Source: Mobula hypostoma (lineage: Eukaryota). From it: 64,000 bases of DNA. Position 1 is the stretch's first letter. Every line of letters begins with the position of its first letter. The notes beneath the pieces were generated by a model. It saw only the letters and a list, made by a program, of their open reading frames with translations. It did no database searches and had not been told where the DNA came from. A program made the position numbers and the translations under genes. The stretch covers positions 182,034,001 through 182,098,000 of the forward strand of contig NC_086097.1 in NCBI RefSeq assembly GCF_963921235.1, given 5' to 3'. Below, one piece after another: positions 39,560 to 52,809 of the stretch.

Positions 39560-39970
39560 ATTCTATGAATATTGTCTGGATGTTGCTGCTTACAGTTAGG
39601 TGCTGCATCTGCTCCTGGGGATCTGCGAATGCGATGGAACATAGTACAAACACCGGCATGTTTCCTCACCTGTAATCTTCTGATGGAAGGTTGATGAAGC
39701 AGCTCAGATGGTCGGACCCAGGACACTATCCTGACAAACTCCTGCAGTGATGTTGGGGTGACTTACCCCCAACAACTATGTCCATTTTCCATTGTGCAAG
39801 CCATAGCTCTGTTTAGTGGAATGTTTTCCCCTTGATGCCATTTGAGTTCAGTTTCATACTTGATGCTGTATTCAGTCAGCTGCAGCCTTAACATCAAGGG
39901 TGCCTTCTGTCAGGCCTGTCTTCTGTCCATTTCTGGGCCAAGGCTACTTACTATGAGGTCTGGTGCTGTA
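39560..39970 (-). mobile_element. old LINE RT fragment of a different CR1/L2-group family
   Basis: Minus strand encodes ITAGVCQDSVLGPTI (GVPQGSVLGP-like); related sequence probably at ~52200-52720. Confidence 0.55.
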
Positions 39971-42312
39971 TTCTTCTGTGAAAATCAGGCTCTAAAATTG
40001 CCTCCTTTCTAACCAAGAGGTGTTTTCTTATTTAAAGCCTTTCTTGTTTGAGACTCAGGTCAGGTGTGTGCCCACTCCTCTCTCTGTAGTCCTGCCCATA
40101 CCCTGATTTTTCCTATACTTGGAAAGGTGTACGTGTATGTTCATGTGCAACACCAGGATTCAGTCTTAAAGTCTTTCACTGAGATCTGTAGGAACTGTTT
40201 TTATGATGTGGGAAGCATGACTATAAAAAGTGTGAGTGTTGCAGTTGCTGCTGAGTTCTGATTTAAGCTGTGTGGTGGGAAGCACTGCAGAGGAGAGACT
40301 GCAAAATCATCTGTTTGTCCTTAAGCTGAAGTAAGTGACCTTGTCTGTGGTCGAGCTTATCTGCGGAATGCAAACGGGATTTAAAATCCAGCGTGAGCGC
40401 CACCTTTTTCACAATCTCTGATGCATTATTAATCTGTTCTCTGTATAAATAGTCTGTTCAGGCATGAGTTTTATTTTGTTAAACCGTCATCATTTGGCTA
40501 TTTTCTCTTTGCTCTGAAAACCTGCGTAATGTGAAGTCTGTCCTGTACCTTGTTGCTTGAAGTCCACTAAGTGCACTCCCTTACCTCTCCCTCTTGTCCT
40601 ACCTGCAGGGATGTAACTGGAGATGGATGTTGATCTCAGGTGGCTGGGTTAGAGCATGTTGTTCCATTGTGCATCTGATTATGATGACGTGTAATCGCTT
40701 GATCTTTAATACTCAACCCCACTGTCTTCTTCAGCAGAAAACAGAATGCTGAAGGAACTTAGTGGGTCAGCCAGTATCCGTGGAGGTAAAAGGATAATAG
40801 ACATTTTGGTCAACTATCCTGATGTATGGTTTCATCTGGGGGGAGGTAACAGGTTTTGGATGAGGAGGGATTACAGAGAGAGTACAGACGTTGGACAGGG
40901 AGGACTGGAGAGCAGTTACAGATGTTGGATATGGAGAGCTGCTGCTGGAGAATTTGTAAAATATTGCAGAGACAATGGTGGTGATATTTTCTCATACATT
41001 GAGTCGGTAGTCCAGTTCACAGAAGTATTTAGAAGAGCAGGGGTCACTGCTGCCCGGTAGCCCATGAACTTTGTACCCAGTTTGAGGTTTTGAATAGACG
41101 CAAAGCATGTGTTGATGCATTGATATTAGTGGTCTGGTGATTCTCCCTTTCCAGGGTGTTGTTGTGAACCTTTATTGTTGGAGGATAGTGTGGTGCAGTA
41201 GGACAGCTCGGTAGCAGACCCTGCACTTATAGATGTTGAATGCATGTTTCAGTGAATGACTTAACATGACACTTGCTGCGGATTTATTAGTTCAGGCCCC
41301 TTGATAATGTCTCCATAAGGATTGTGTAGTAATCACTTCATCTATACTGTTTTATCATGAAAATTTTGGGAGAATAGATTGCAGGGACATTTGTGGGATG
41401 GATGGGATTGTTTCTGAGCCATCTTATCAATATCATCTGTATCATATGAAATATGGAAGTGGAAGTTAACTTTCCCAGTTACTGTGGTGGGAATTGAATA
41501 CGAGCCTCTATTAATAAGCTGGCCTCTCAGGATTTCGAGAGCATCTGACCACTTGAGAAAATCCCACAATAGGGTCCTCTCTCAATGAGTAATTAGCAGC
41601 AATGGCAAACTGCCAGTTTTGGATGTCAGCAATGTATAAAGTGAGCCTCTGGGGGAGAAAGGGAAAAAGGAAGGAAAATTCTCAAAATCGGCTTCTTACA
41701 AACCAGCCACAGCCGTGCTTTCGCATGGACCAGCAATACAGTTAGTGGAAAATATTGCACATTTTGGGGTCTGTATCTGTACTGTATTCCAGTGCTTGGC
41801 ACTCTGTAAAGCATACAGATTTCTGTGTCTGTGTTTATCCTGCATGATCATTTAAAATTTAGAGTTCAGGATCTTTGCTTGTGTTTTGTTTGAGTGCTAT
41901 GAATATTCATAATTGAACACTCTGGGTTCTATATCTGGAACTATTATTTTTAGTAAATGTTGCAGAATTTAGGCCCATTATTTTCCCTACATCTTCATTT
42001 TTGGGTTCTGACAAGATGAGCATTTATCGCCCTGCCTCACTGAGAAAGTGTTGAAGTTACTTGATGAGGGTTAAGCAGTGGATGTTATGTGCATAGACTT
42101 TTAATAAAGCATTTGTCAAGGTTCCTCATGGTAGGCTGCTCCAAGGTGGTCATAGAACACTACAGCACAGAAACAGACCCTTTGGCCCATCTAGGCTGTG
42201 CTGAACCATTAATGTGCCTTGTCCCATTGACTTGCACTCGGACCATAGCCCTCCATACCCTTCCCATCCATGTACCGATCCAAATTTCTCTTAAATGTTG
42301 AAATCAACCCTA

Positions 42313-42646
42313 TGGACATGTGAATAATCAGAGGCTTTTTACCAGGGCTGAACTGGCTAGCACGAGAGGGCACAGTTTTAAGGAGCTTGGAAGTAGGTAC
42401 AGAGGAGATGTCAGAGGTTAGTTTTTTACGCAGAGAGTGGTGAGTGCGTGGAATAGGCTGCCAGCAATGGTGGTGGAGGAGAATACGATAGGGTCTTTTA
42501 AGAGACTCCTGGATAGGTACATGGAGCTTAGAAAAATAGAGGGCTATGGGTAACCCTAGGTAATTTCTAAAGTAAGTACATGTTCAGCACAGCTTGGTGG
42601 GCTGAAAGACCTGTATTGTGCTGAAGGTTTTCTATGTGTCTATGTT
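42313..42646 (+). mobile_element. CR1 3' end (same subfamily as 43007 and 36594 copies)
   Basis: gggctatgggtaaccctaggtaatttctaa..ggttttctatgtgtctatgtt. Confidence 0.88.
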
Positions 42647-43006
42647 AAGATTGGTTAGACATAACCTACTCACACACAAAGCCATGTTGACTGTCCCTAC
42701 TCTGTCCTTGTCTATCCAAATACTTACATATTTGGTCCTTCCAGTAACTTACCCACTACTGATGTCAGTCCCAAAGATGGCCAAAGATGTTTTAAATATC
42801 TCTGCTAGTGTCCCTGTAATTTTTGCACTAGCCTTCCATAGGGTCCGAGAGAACACCTTGTTAGGCCCTGGGTGTTTATAATAGGTATCCACAGTTAGTT
42901 GGTGAATTGGCTCCACAATTGCTTTGGTCCAGGAAGACATTAGTGGTAGAGGTGTGTTCTGACTAGGGGTCTGTGACTGGTGGTGTCTTGGAGGGATGAG
43001 TGCTGG

Positions 43007-46000
43007 AACATAGAAACATAGAAAACCTATGGCACAATACGGGCCCTTCAGCCCACAAAGCTGTGCCGAACATGTCCTTACCTTAGAAATTACCTAGGGT
43101 AACCCATAGCCCTCTATTTTTCTAAGCTCTATGTACCTATCCAGGAGTTTCTTAAAAGATTCTATTGTATCTGCCTCCACCACCATCACTGGCAGGCCTT
43201 TCCACGCACTCACCACTGTGCATAAAAAAACTTAACTCTGATATCTCCTCTGTACCTACTTTCAAGCACCTTAAAACTGTTCCCTCTCGTGCTAGCCATT
43301 TCAGCCTTGGGAAGAAGCCTCTGACTATCCACACGATCAATGCCTCTTTCATCTTATACACCTCTATCAGGTCACCTCTTATCCTCCGTCGCTCCAAGGA
43401 AAAAAGGCCGAGTTCACTCAACCTATTCTCATAAAGCATGTCCCCCAATCCAGGCAATATCCTTGTAGATCTCCTCTGCGCCCTTTCTATGGTTTCCACA
43501 TCCTTCCTGTAATGAGGCGACCAGAACTGAGCACAGTTCTCCGTGGGGTCTGACTAGGGTCCTATATAGCTACAATATTAACGCTCGGCTCCAAAACTCA
43601 ATCCCACGATTGATGAAGGCCAATGCACCGTATGCTTTCTTAACTACAGAGTCAACCTGCGTGGCAGCTTTGAGTGTCCTGTGGAGCCGGACCCCAAGAT
43701 CCCTCTGATCCTCCACACTGCCAAGAGTCTTACCATTAATACTATATTTTGCCATCATATTTGACCTACCAAAATGAACCAACTCTCACTTTTCTGGGTT
43801 GAACTCCATCTGCCACTTCTCAGCCCAGTTTTGCATCCCATCAATGTCCCATTGTAACATCTGACAGCCCTCCACACTATCCACAACACCTTTGTGTCAT
43901 CAGCAAATTTACTAACTCATCCCTCCACTTCCTTATCCAGGTCATTTATAAAAAGCACGAAGAGTAGGGGTCCCAGAATAGATCTCCAAGGCACATCACT
44001 GGTCACCGACCTCCATACAGAATATAACCTGTCCACAACCACTCTTTGCCTTCTGTAGGCAAGCCAGTTCTCAATCCACAAAGCAATGTCCCCTTGGATC
44101 CCATGCCTCCTTACTTTGTCGTTAAGCCTTGCGTGGGGTACCTTGTCAAATGTCTTGCTGAAATCCATATACACTACATCTACTACTCTTTCTTCATCAG
44201 TGTGTTTAGTCACATCCTCAAAAAATTCAATTGGGCTTGTAAGGCACGACCTGCCTTTGACAAAGCCATGCTGACTATTCCTAATCATATTATCCCTCTC
44301 CAAATGTTCATAAATCTTGCCTCTCAGGATCTTCTCCATCAACTTACTAACCACTGAAGTAAGACTCACTGGCCTATAATTTCCTGGGCTATCCCTGCTC
44401 CCTTTCTTGATTAAGGGAACAACATCTGCAACCCTCCAATCCTCCGGAACCTCTCCCGTCCGCATTGATGATGCAAAGATCATTGCCAGAGGCTCAGCAA
44501 CCTAACTTGATGCTTTCCAAAAGCTCCAGCACAATCTCTTTCTTAATATCTACATGCTCCTCAAGACTTTCAGTCCGCTGTAAGTTATTCCTACAATCGC
44601 CAATATCTTTTTCCGTAGTGAATACTGAAGCAAAGTATTCATTAAGTACCTCTGCTATCTCCTGTGGTTCCATACACACTTTTCCACTATCACACTTGAT
44701 TGGTCCTATTCTCTCATGTCTTTTCCTCTTGCTCTTCACATACTTGTAGAATGCTTTGGGGGTTTCCTTAATCCTATCCACCAAGGCCTTCTCATGGTCC
44801 CTTCTGGCTTTCCTAAATTCATTCTTAAGCTCCTTCCTACTGGCCTTATAATCTTCTAGATCTCTATCATTACCTAGTTTTTTGAACCTTTCATAAGCTC
44901 TTCTTTTCTTTTTGACTGGACTTACAACAGGCCTTGTACACCATGTTTCCTGTACCCTACCATCCTTTCCCTGTCTCATTGGAATGTACCTGTGCAGAAC
45001 TCCACACAAATATCCCCTGAACATTTGTCACAGTTCTTCCGTACATTTCCCTGAGAATTCCTGTTCCCAATTTATGCTTCCAAGTTCCTGCCTGATAGCC
45101 TCATATTTCCCCTTACTACAATTAAACGCTTTCCTAACTTGTCTGTTCCTATCCCTCTCCAATGCTATGGTAAGGGAGATAGAATTGTGATCACTATCTC
45201 CAAAATGGTCTTCCACTGAGAGATCTGACACTTGACCAGGTTCATTTCCCAATACCAGATCAAGTACCGCCTCTCCTCTTGTAGGTTTATCTGCATATTG
45301 TGTCAAGAAACCTTCCTGAACATACTTAACAAACTCCATCCCACCTAAACCCCTCGCTCTAGGAAGATACCAATCGATATTTAGGAAATTAAAGTCTCCC
45401 ACCACGACAACCTTGTTATTATTACACCTTTTCAGAATCTGTCTCCCTGTCTGCTCCTCGATATCCCTGTTACTATTGGGTGGTCTATAAAAAAAACATC
45501 CAGTAGAGTTATTCACCCCTTCCTGTTCCCAACTTCTACCCACAGAGACACTGTAGACTAGTGGTCACCAACCTTTTTAAGCCAAGGTCCCCTACCTTGA
45601 CCTTAGTGAAAAGCAAGATCTACCTACTAAATCGTTCAGAGAAAAAGCAGCTCAGATTGTACTGCCAATTTGAGGCCTTTTATTTGGGCTAATTGTATTT
45701 GAATTACACAAAATACTTTTGTCAAACTCTCAAATTAATTCAACCAAGAAAACACTGTAACTAGCATATCAAACAGGCCATAGCTGTCTTTCTTTAAGAA
45801 TATTACAATACTTCACACCTTTAATTCTAAGTTTCATTATTTAATTTTATTTCAACACGAAAAATAAATGAATAAAAATTGACTGTTGCACTCAGTGTGA
45901 TGACTGGGGCTGAATACTCTCTGCTAGTTCCCTGAAGTTTGGCTCATAACTACAGACAGCCAGTCTGAGACAGTCTGTGAGGTGTCTGTCAGTAAGACAG

Positions 46001-47533
46001 CTCCTGTACTTAGATTTAATAATTTTCATCCGAGAAAATGCAATTTCACATAGATAAGTTGACCCAAAGTAGACACAGACTTTTAGCGCTATAAAACCAA
46101 CGCGCACACTGCGCATTTCTGGGGCCCCATCAGTAGTAATTGCCACCAGTTTATGAATGGGGATGTCATTTTCACGAACATATTTTTTAAAACTCATCGT
46201 AAATATCCTCACTTGTCGTTCTCTCCTTTAATTGCGAAAGAGTGAGGAAGTCCTCCTTTGTTGTAAAATCCTGGAAAGCCATTCTGACAAATACAAGCTG
46301 AGCTGTTTGCATTACATCCAGGGATTCATCGAACTATAATGAAAAATATTCACAGAGTGACAAGTCAATCCACGTCCTCTGACAGTGACTCTACCCTCCT
46401 TGTCATTGTTGCAGGGCCAAGCAGTATATTATGTATTGCGGTTGTGATGTCGTTTTTGTTTTTAAAGTCATTAAAAACAGTCTGTGCGGTAATGGCCTTG
46501 CTTCCTTGAATAAATCACCATCTGTAAAAGGCTTCTTGTGTTTAGCCAAAAGGTGACTTACATGAAATGATGCTTCAATATCAGCCTTATTTTGAGCAGC
46601 TTTTTTTGTGAAAAACGATTGCTGGGCCTTCAACCCTGATTTCAGCTCCTCAACTTTCCAGGCACATATTGTGCTCTTTGGGGGTTAAAGTTAAAGTCTG
46701 TCTGGAGCCTTGTGGTCCATCAGGCCGGTGCTTACGCTGGCTTCTGTGGCGATTGCCGATTGCATCGCCTCTGATCTGGGCTGACATTTATGTGCCAGGC
46801 AGCACCTAATTAATTAGCTTGTTTATTTCGGCTTTTTTTCTTGAAGATGCGCTGGGTGGGTTCTGGATACTGCTGCATCCCTGCATGCTTCACAGCCCGG
46901 TATGGGTCCACGGCCCGAAGGTTGGGGACACTGCTATATATTGATGTTTGGGACAGTCTGTACGCTTATCTAATCTAATTGGTCACTTTGATGCAGCACA
47001 AGCTATGCTGAAAACGCGGTGCATGGTGGGGGAGCTACACATATGCGCACTGGGCAGAAGGAAGGGAACTAAAACCCCGCAACATGGATACAATTGCTCT
47101 TTATAAACAGCGTTCAATAGTAAAAGTATTGCTAAATTACCATTATCCTAATTAGTATTACTTATTTCTATGATGCTCACATTACAACAGTATTTGTGTA
47201 TTTATTTTTGATTTTTTTTTTGGAATCTGCTGGGAAAGTCTCAAAGATCGACTGATCGATTGCGATTGACGGGTTGGTGACCCCTACCGTAGACAATTCC
47301 TCCATAACTTCCTCCTTTTCTGCAGCTGTGACACTATCTCTAATCAACAGTGCCACACCCCCACCTCTTTTGCCTCTCTCCCTGTCCCTTCTGAAGCATC
47401 TAAAGCCTGGCACTCAAAGTAACCATTTGTGCCCTTGAGACATCCAAGTCTCTGTAATGGCCACAACATCATAGCTCCAAGTACTGATCCACACTCTAAA
47501 CTCATCCACTTTGTTCATAATACTCCTTGCCTT
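43007..47533 (-). mobile_element. near full-length CR1 ORF2 (APE endonuclease + RT), frameshifted and split by a hAT insertion
   Basis: ARSIMNKVDE..DVVAITETW (47414..), FRRDR..GGGVALLI (47177..), YRPPNS..VVGDFN..SDH (45028..45543), RT 43917..44483, 3' tail at 43007. Confidence 0.93.
45559..47286 (-). mobile_element. internally deleted hAT transposon (Charlie/Buster/SPIN-type transposase)
   Basis: 15-bp TIRs tagtggtcaccaacc / ggttggtgaccccta (14/15); 8-bp TSD ctgtagac (45551-58) / ccgtagac (47287-94) with central TA; ORFs 46403..46633 (LLAKHKKPFTDG) and 45892..46212 (ITTDGAP; FGSTYLCE.AFS.MK..KSKYRS.LTD). Confidence 0.92.
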
Positions 47534-48034
47534 AAAATGTTGCTTACCATAATTGAAAATATAAGTGGTATGATGAGTAACTTTGCAAAATACAGTAAAA
47601 TTTTGAATAGTGAGATAAGTTGTCAAAGGATATAGCAAAATAGAGATTATATGTAAATTTGGTCAGAGAAATAGCAGATGGACTGTAATCCAGATAGTGG
47701 CATAGATCATGAGGGACATAGAAAGGGTGGAAGCACTTCATCTTTTTCCCCAAAGCAGGAGGGCACAGGTTTCAGATCAGAGGTAAAAGATTTTAAAGGG
47801 ATATCAGGGGCAACTTCTTCAGGTATGTGTATTTGGAATGAGCTGCCAGAAATATTGGTTGAGATGAGCACATTAGCAACATTTGAAAGCCATCTAGATA
47901 AGTACATGGATTGGAGAGGTTTAGTGGGCTCAGGGCCAAATTTGTGCCGATGGAAGCAGCCCACTGGACAATAGTTGGCATAGATGAGTTGAGCCATGGG
48001 GCCTGTTTCCATGCTGTATGACTTTATGACTTAA

Positions 48035-49975
48035 GTGCAAGGTGATGCATTTTGGCATGTCAGCTTCAAGAGGAAAATATACAGTAAATGCCAGGACCCT
48101 TAGGAGCTTTCACGTAATTGCTGCTTAAGGAATTTTGGGGTGCAAGGCTGTAGCTCCTTGAAAGTGGTAACACTGAGTGGATAGGGTGGTAAAAGGTGTA
48201 TGGTATGCTTTGCCTTCATTACTGAGGACATTGAGTATAAAGTTGGCAAGACATATTTCAGCTGTATAAAACTTGGGTGAGGCCACATTTGGAATATTGT
48301 GCATAGTTCTGGTAGCTGTACCGTAGGAAATATGTGGAAATTTTGGAGAGGGTGTAGGGGAGATCTACCAGTAGTTTGCCTGGATCCAAATCAGAATCAC
48401 GTTTATTATCACTAACATACTTAGTAATTTTTTTGCAGTAGTACAGAGCAGACATAACAATTACTATAAGCTATAATAAATGAACATATTGTATAGTGTG
48501 AAGTAGCAAGGTGGTATTTATGGGTTCATGGACCATGAAAAATCTGATGGCAGAGGGGAAGAAGCTGTTCCTTAAATATTGATGAGTGTGCATCTTCAAG
48601 CTCCTGTACCTCCTCCCTTATGGTGGTAGTGAGAAGAGGGCATATGAAAAGAGAGTATCCAAATGGATGCTGCCTTCTGGAGGCACTGCCTCCTGAAGAT
48701 GCCCTTGATGGTGGGGAGGATTGTGATTATGATGGAGCTGACTGAGTTTACAACCATTTTCAGCCTTTTGATCCTGCACACTGGAGCCTCCATACCAGGC
48801 AGATCTGTCAGAATGCTCTCCATTGTACATCATTAGAAATTTGTAAGAATCTTTGGTGAGATACAAATATCTTGGAACTTAATGTGGTAAGACTGCTGGT
48901 GCGCCTTCTTTGTGAGTGCATCCATGTGTTGGACACTGGTTAGATCCTGTGAGTTCCTCTGAGATACTGACACCCAGGAAGTTGAAGCTGTTCGCTTTTT
49001 CCACAACTGACCCTCCGATGAGGACTGATGTGTGTTCTCCCGACTTCCCTTTCCTGAAGTCCACAATCAAATCCTTGGTCTTCCTGTTGTTGAGTACAAG
49101 ATTGTTGTTGCAATAGCACTCAACCAGAAAATTTTCTGCTGCATTTCTCTTCTGCCAACAACAATGATGTCATCAGTGAATTTATAGATAGCGCTTGAGC
49201 TATGATGAACACAGTCATGAGTGTAGAGCAATGGCGCCAGTATTTCTACTATTTTTTAATGTTTCTTTATTGTACATATGATTTTTTTGTGTTCTATCAC
49301 TGAGCAGCAGTGAACCATCTGACTGGCCTATCAGAGTTCTCTTTGGGAACTAGTTGACTTGATCAGCATTTCTGATCTGGCTTTTGTTCACGATTGCACA
49401 ATAAAAAAAGTGGACTAAGCATGTATCCTTGAGGTGTGCCTATGTTGATTGTCAATGAGGCGGAGGTATTATTACGATCCACACTGTAGTCAAGGATCTA
49501 GTTGCAGAAGGTGGTATGGGGATCCAGAGGATCCAGAGGCTTAGAGGGTATTGATTATAAGGAGAGGTTGGACAAACTTGGATTGTTGCCGCTGGAGTTT
49601 CAGAGGTTAAGGGGCAACCTGATAGAAGGATATATATGTACGAGAAGCACAGATAAGGTAGATGGTCACTTTTTTTCCTGATGTGGAAATACCAAATACT
49701 TGAGGGCACAGTTTAAGATTGGGGGTGGGTAGGAGTTTTAAAGGAGATGTGTAGGGCAAGTTTTTTTTTTACTTAGACAGTGGTAAGTGCCTGGACTGTG
49801 TTTCCAGGGGAGGTGGTGGAAGAAGATATACTGGCAACATTTAAGAGACAATGTACATGCATGAACATGTCAGGCATGGACAGATATAGACCATGTGCAG
49901 ACAGGTGGGATTAGTTTAGGTTGGCAGCATGATTGGCACTGCTGACAGGCCTGTTCCTGTGCTGTACTGTTCCAC
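48035..49975 (+). mobile_element. CR1 3' part split by a minus-strand Rex1 insertion (~48388-49530)
   Basis: CR1 'tttgcctgga' ends at ~48385 and 'ttagagggtattgattat' resumes at ~49540; insert ORF 48879..49070 IVDFRKGK..SFNFLGVSISE. Confidence 0.8.
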
Positions 49976-50009
49976 TGTAAGTTCTGAGTCAGGGTGACAT
50001 GTGACTTTA

Positions 50010-52190
50010 GACCAAAAGGACATAAGACATAGGAGCAGAATTTGGCTATTCAGCCCTTTGAGTCTGTTCCACCATTCCATTATGGCTGATCCCAGATCCC
50101 ACTCAACCCCATACACCTGCCTTCTCGCCATATCCTTTGATGCTCTGACCGATCAGGGAACTATCAACTTCTGCCTTAAATATACCCATGGACTTGGCCT
50201 CCACGGCAGACTGTGGCGGAGCACTCCACAGACTCACTACTCTCTGGCTAAAAAACTTCCTCCTTACCTCTGTTCTAAAAGGTCGCCCCTCAATTTTGAG
50301 TCTGTGCCCTCTGTTTCCTATTATTAAACTCATCTTTAATAATTAGAAACATCCTCTCCATATCTACCCTGTTTAGTCCTTTCAATATTCGGTAGGTTTC
50401 AATGCAATCCCACTGCATTCTTCTAAATTCCAGTGAGTACAGGCCCAAAGCTGCAGAACGCTTTTCACATATTAACCCCTTCATCGCCGGAATCATCCTC
50501 GTGAACCTTCTCTGGACTCTCTCCAATGACTGCACATTCTTTCTGAGATATGAGGCCCAAAACAGTTGACAATACTCCAAGTGTGGCCTGGCTAGTGGCT
50601 TATAAAGGCTCAGCATGATCTCCTATTCAACTCCCCTTGAAATAAATGCCAGCATTGCACTTGCCTTCTTTACCACAGACTCAACCTGTAGATTAACCTT
50701 ATGGGAGTCTTGCACAAGGACTCCTAAGTCCCTCTGCAGCTTTTTTGTTTGAAACTTCTCCCCATTTAGATGATAGTCCCCACTATTGTTCCATTTACCA
50801 AAATGCGTTATTGTACATTTCGCAACACTGACTTCCATCTGCCATGTTTTTGCCCATTCTTCCAATATGCTTAAGTCCTGCTGCAATCGCATTGCTTCCT
50901 CAGCAATACCTGCCCCTTCACCTATCTTCGTATCATCTGCAAACTTTGCCACAAAGTCATCAATTCCATAATCTAAATAATTGACAAACAATGTGAAAAG
51001 CAGCGGTCCCAATACTGACCCCTGAGGAACACCACTAGTCACCAGCAGCCAACTAGAAAAGGCCCCCTTTAATCTCACTTGCTGCCTCCTGCCTGTCATT
51101 CTTTCCACTGTCCATGCCAGTATCTTTCCTGTAACACCATAGGATTTTATCTCGTTAAGCAGCCTCATGTGTGGCATCTTATCAAATGCCTTCTGAAAAT
51201 CTAAGTAAATGACATCCACTGCCTTTCCTTTGCCAACCCTGCTTGCTACTTGAAGAACTCTTAACAGATTTGTCAGGCAAGATTTCCATTTACAGAAACC
51301 ATGCTGACTTTGACTTATTTTTATCATTAGTCTCCAAGTACCCTGAAAACTCATCTTTAATAATAGACTCCCAACACTTTCCCAGCCACTGAGGTTAGGC
51401 TAACTGGCCTATAATTTCCTTTCTTTTGCCTTCCTCCCTTCTTAAAGGGAGGAGTGACATTTGCAATCTTCCAGTTCTGTGGGACCATGCCAGCATCACG
51501 TGATTCTTGAAAGATCATGATCAATGCATCCATTATCTCATCAGCAACCTCTCTCAGGACTCTGGGATGTAGTCTATCTGGTCCAGGTGACTTACCCACC
51601 TTAAGACATTTCAGTTTGCCCAGCACTTTTTCCTTTGTAATAACAATGGTACTTACTTACTGCTCTCTGGCACACTGCTCGTGTCTTCCACAGTGAAGAT
51701 TGATGCAAAGTACTTATTAAGTTCATCTGATATTTCTCTGCCCCCCCACCCCAATACCACCTCACCAGCATCATTTTCCAGTGGTCCAATATCAACTATC
51801 ACCTACCTTTTATTTTTTACATAACTGAAAAAACTTATAGTATCCTGATTTATATTATTGGCTAGTTTGTCCTCACATTTGATCTTTTCCCTTCTTAAAG
51901 TCTTTTTAGTTGCCTTTTGTTGGATTTTAAAAGCTTCCCAATCATCCAACTTCCCACTCACTTTTGCTACATTATATGCCCTTTTCTTGGCTTTTATGCA
52001 GTCCTTAATTTCCCTTGTCAGCCACAGTTCCTAGCCCTGCCATTTGTGAACTATTCCCAGAAACTTCAGCCATCTCTGCTCTGCTGTCATCCTCCAACCC
52101 ACCTGGGCAGGCTCCTCTCTCATGCCTCTGTAATCCCCTTTATTCCACTGTGATTCTGATACATGTGACTTATGCTTCCCCCTCTCAAGA
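50010..52190 (-). mobile_element. CR1 LINE ORF2 pseudogene (same subfamily as 24100-26035)
   Basis: ORF 50623..51354 (YLDFQKAFDK, GVPQGSVLGPLLF, FADDTK), 51357..51626 and 50290..50616. Confidence 0.93.
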
Positions 52191-52809
52191 TTCACTTGGA
52201 GGTAAATCTTAAGTTGTCAGTGATATCTTCTCCATGGTGGTAGTGGTCTTGAGTTTGGGAGGTACTGTTGGAGTAGTGTTGGTGAATAACTGCAGTCCAC
52301 TGGAGCCACTCTGTGCTTATCAGATAAAGAATGAGTGTTTAGGGTGGTGGAAGGGAATCGGGTGGGCTGCTTCATTCTGGGTGGTGCTGAGCTTGAGAGT
52401 TGTTGGTGCTGGACTTACCAGGGGGGTGGAGAATATTCCATTACATCATGCTTGTGCCTTGTTGATGGTGGAAGGCCCTTGGGTGTCGGTAGTTGAGTCA
52501 CTCATCACAGGATAGTCAGCACCTGATCTGCTTCTGGGTCGTGTACTTAAGTAGCTGATTTAGTTGAGTTTTTGGTTTCTGGTCACCCTTTAGATCTGTG
52601 GGACCTGGCATTGGTTATGCAATTGAATATTAAGGGTAGATGGTAATATTCTCTTATGCTGGAGATGGTTATTGCCTGGCACTTCTTCAGGACAATTGTT
52701 ACTTGTTAGTTATCAGCCCACGTGCGTTTGCTCTGTACTCAAAATCCAAGATTCTCAGATACTCCTGCATGGTTTGCGGGTCTGTAGAGTATTCCAGCAT
52801 TCCAAAATG

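Noticed and set aside
40575..40645. Strong-looking 3' splice site (polypyrimidine tract + CAG at 40608) as AGAP exon 2
   Set aside because: Splicing from 31829 gives G-M-stop with no SFVNSQEW; at most a cryptic or poison site
45892..46633. GTF2IRD2/EPM2AIP1-like host gene
   Set aside because: Bounded by TIRs and a TSD, frameshifted and internally deleted: a transposon relic
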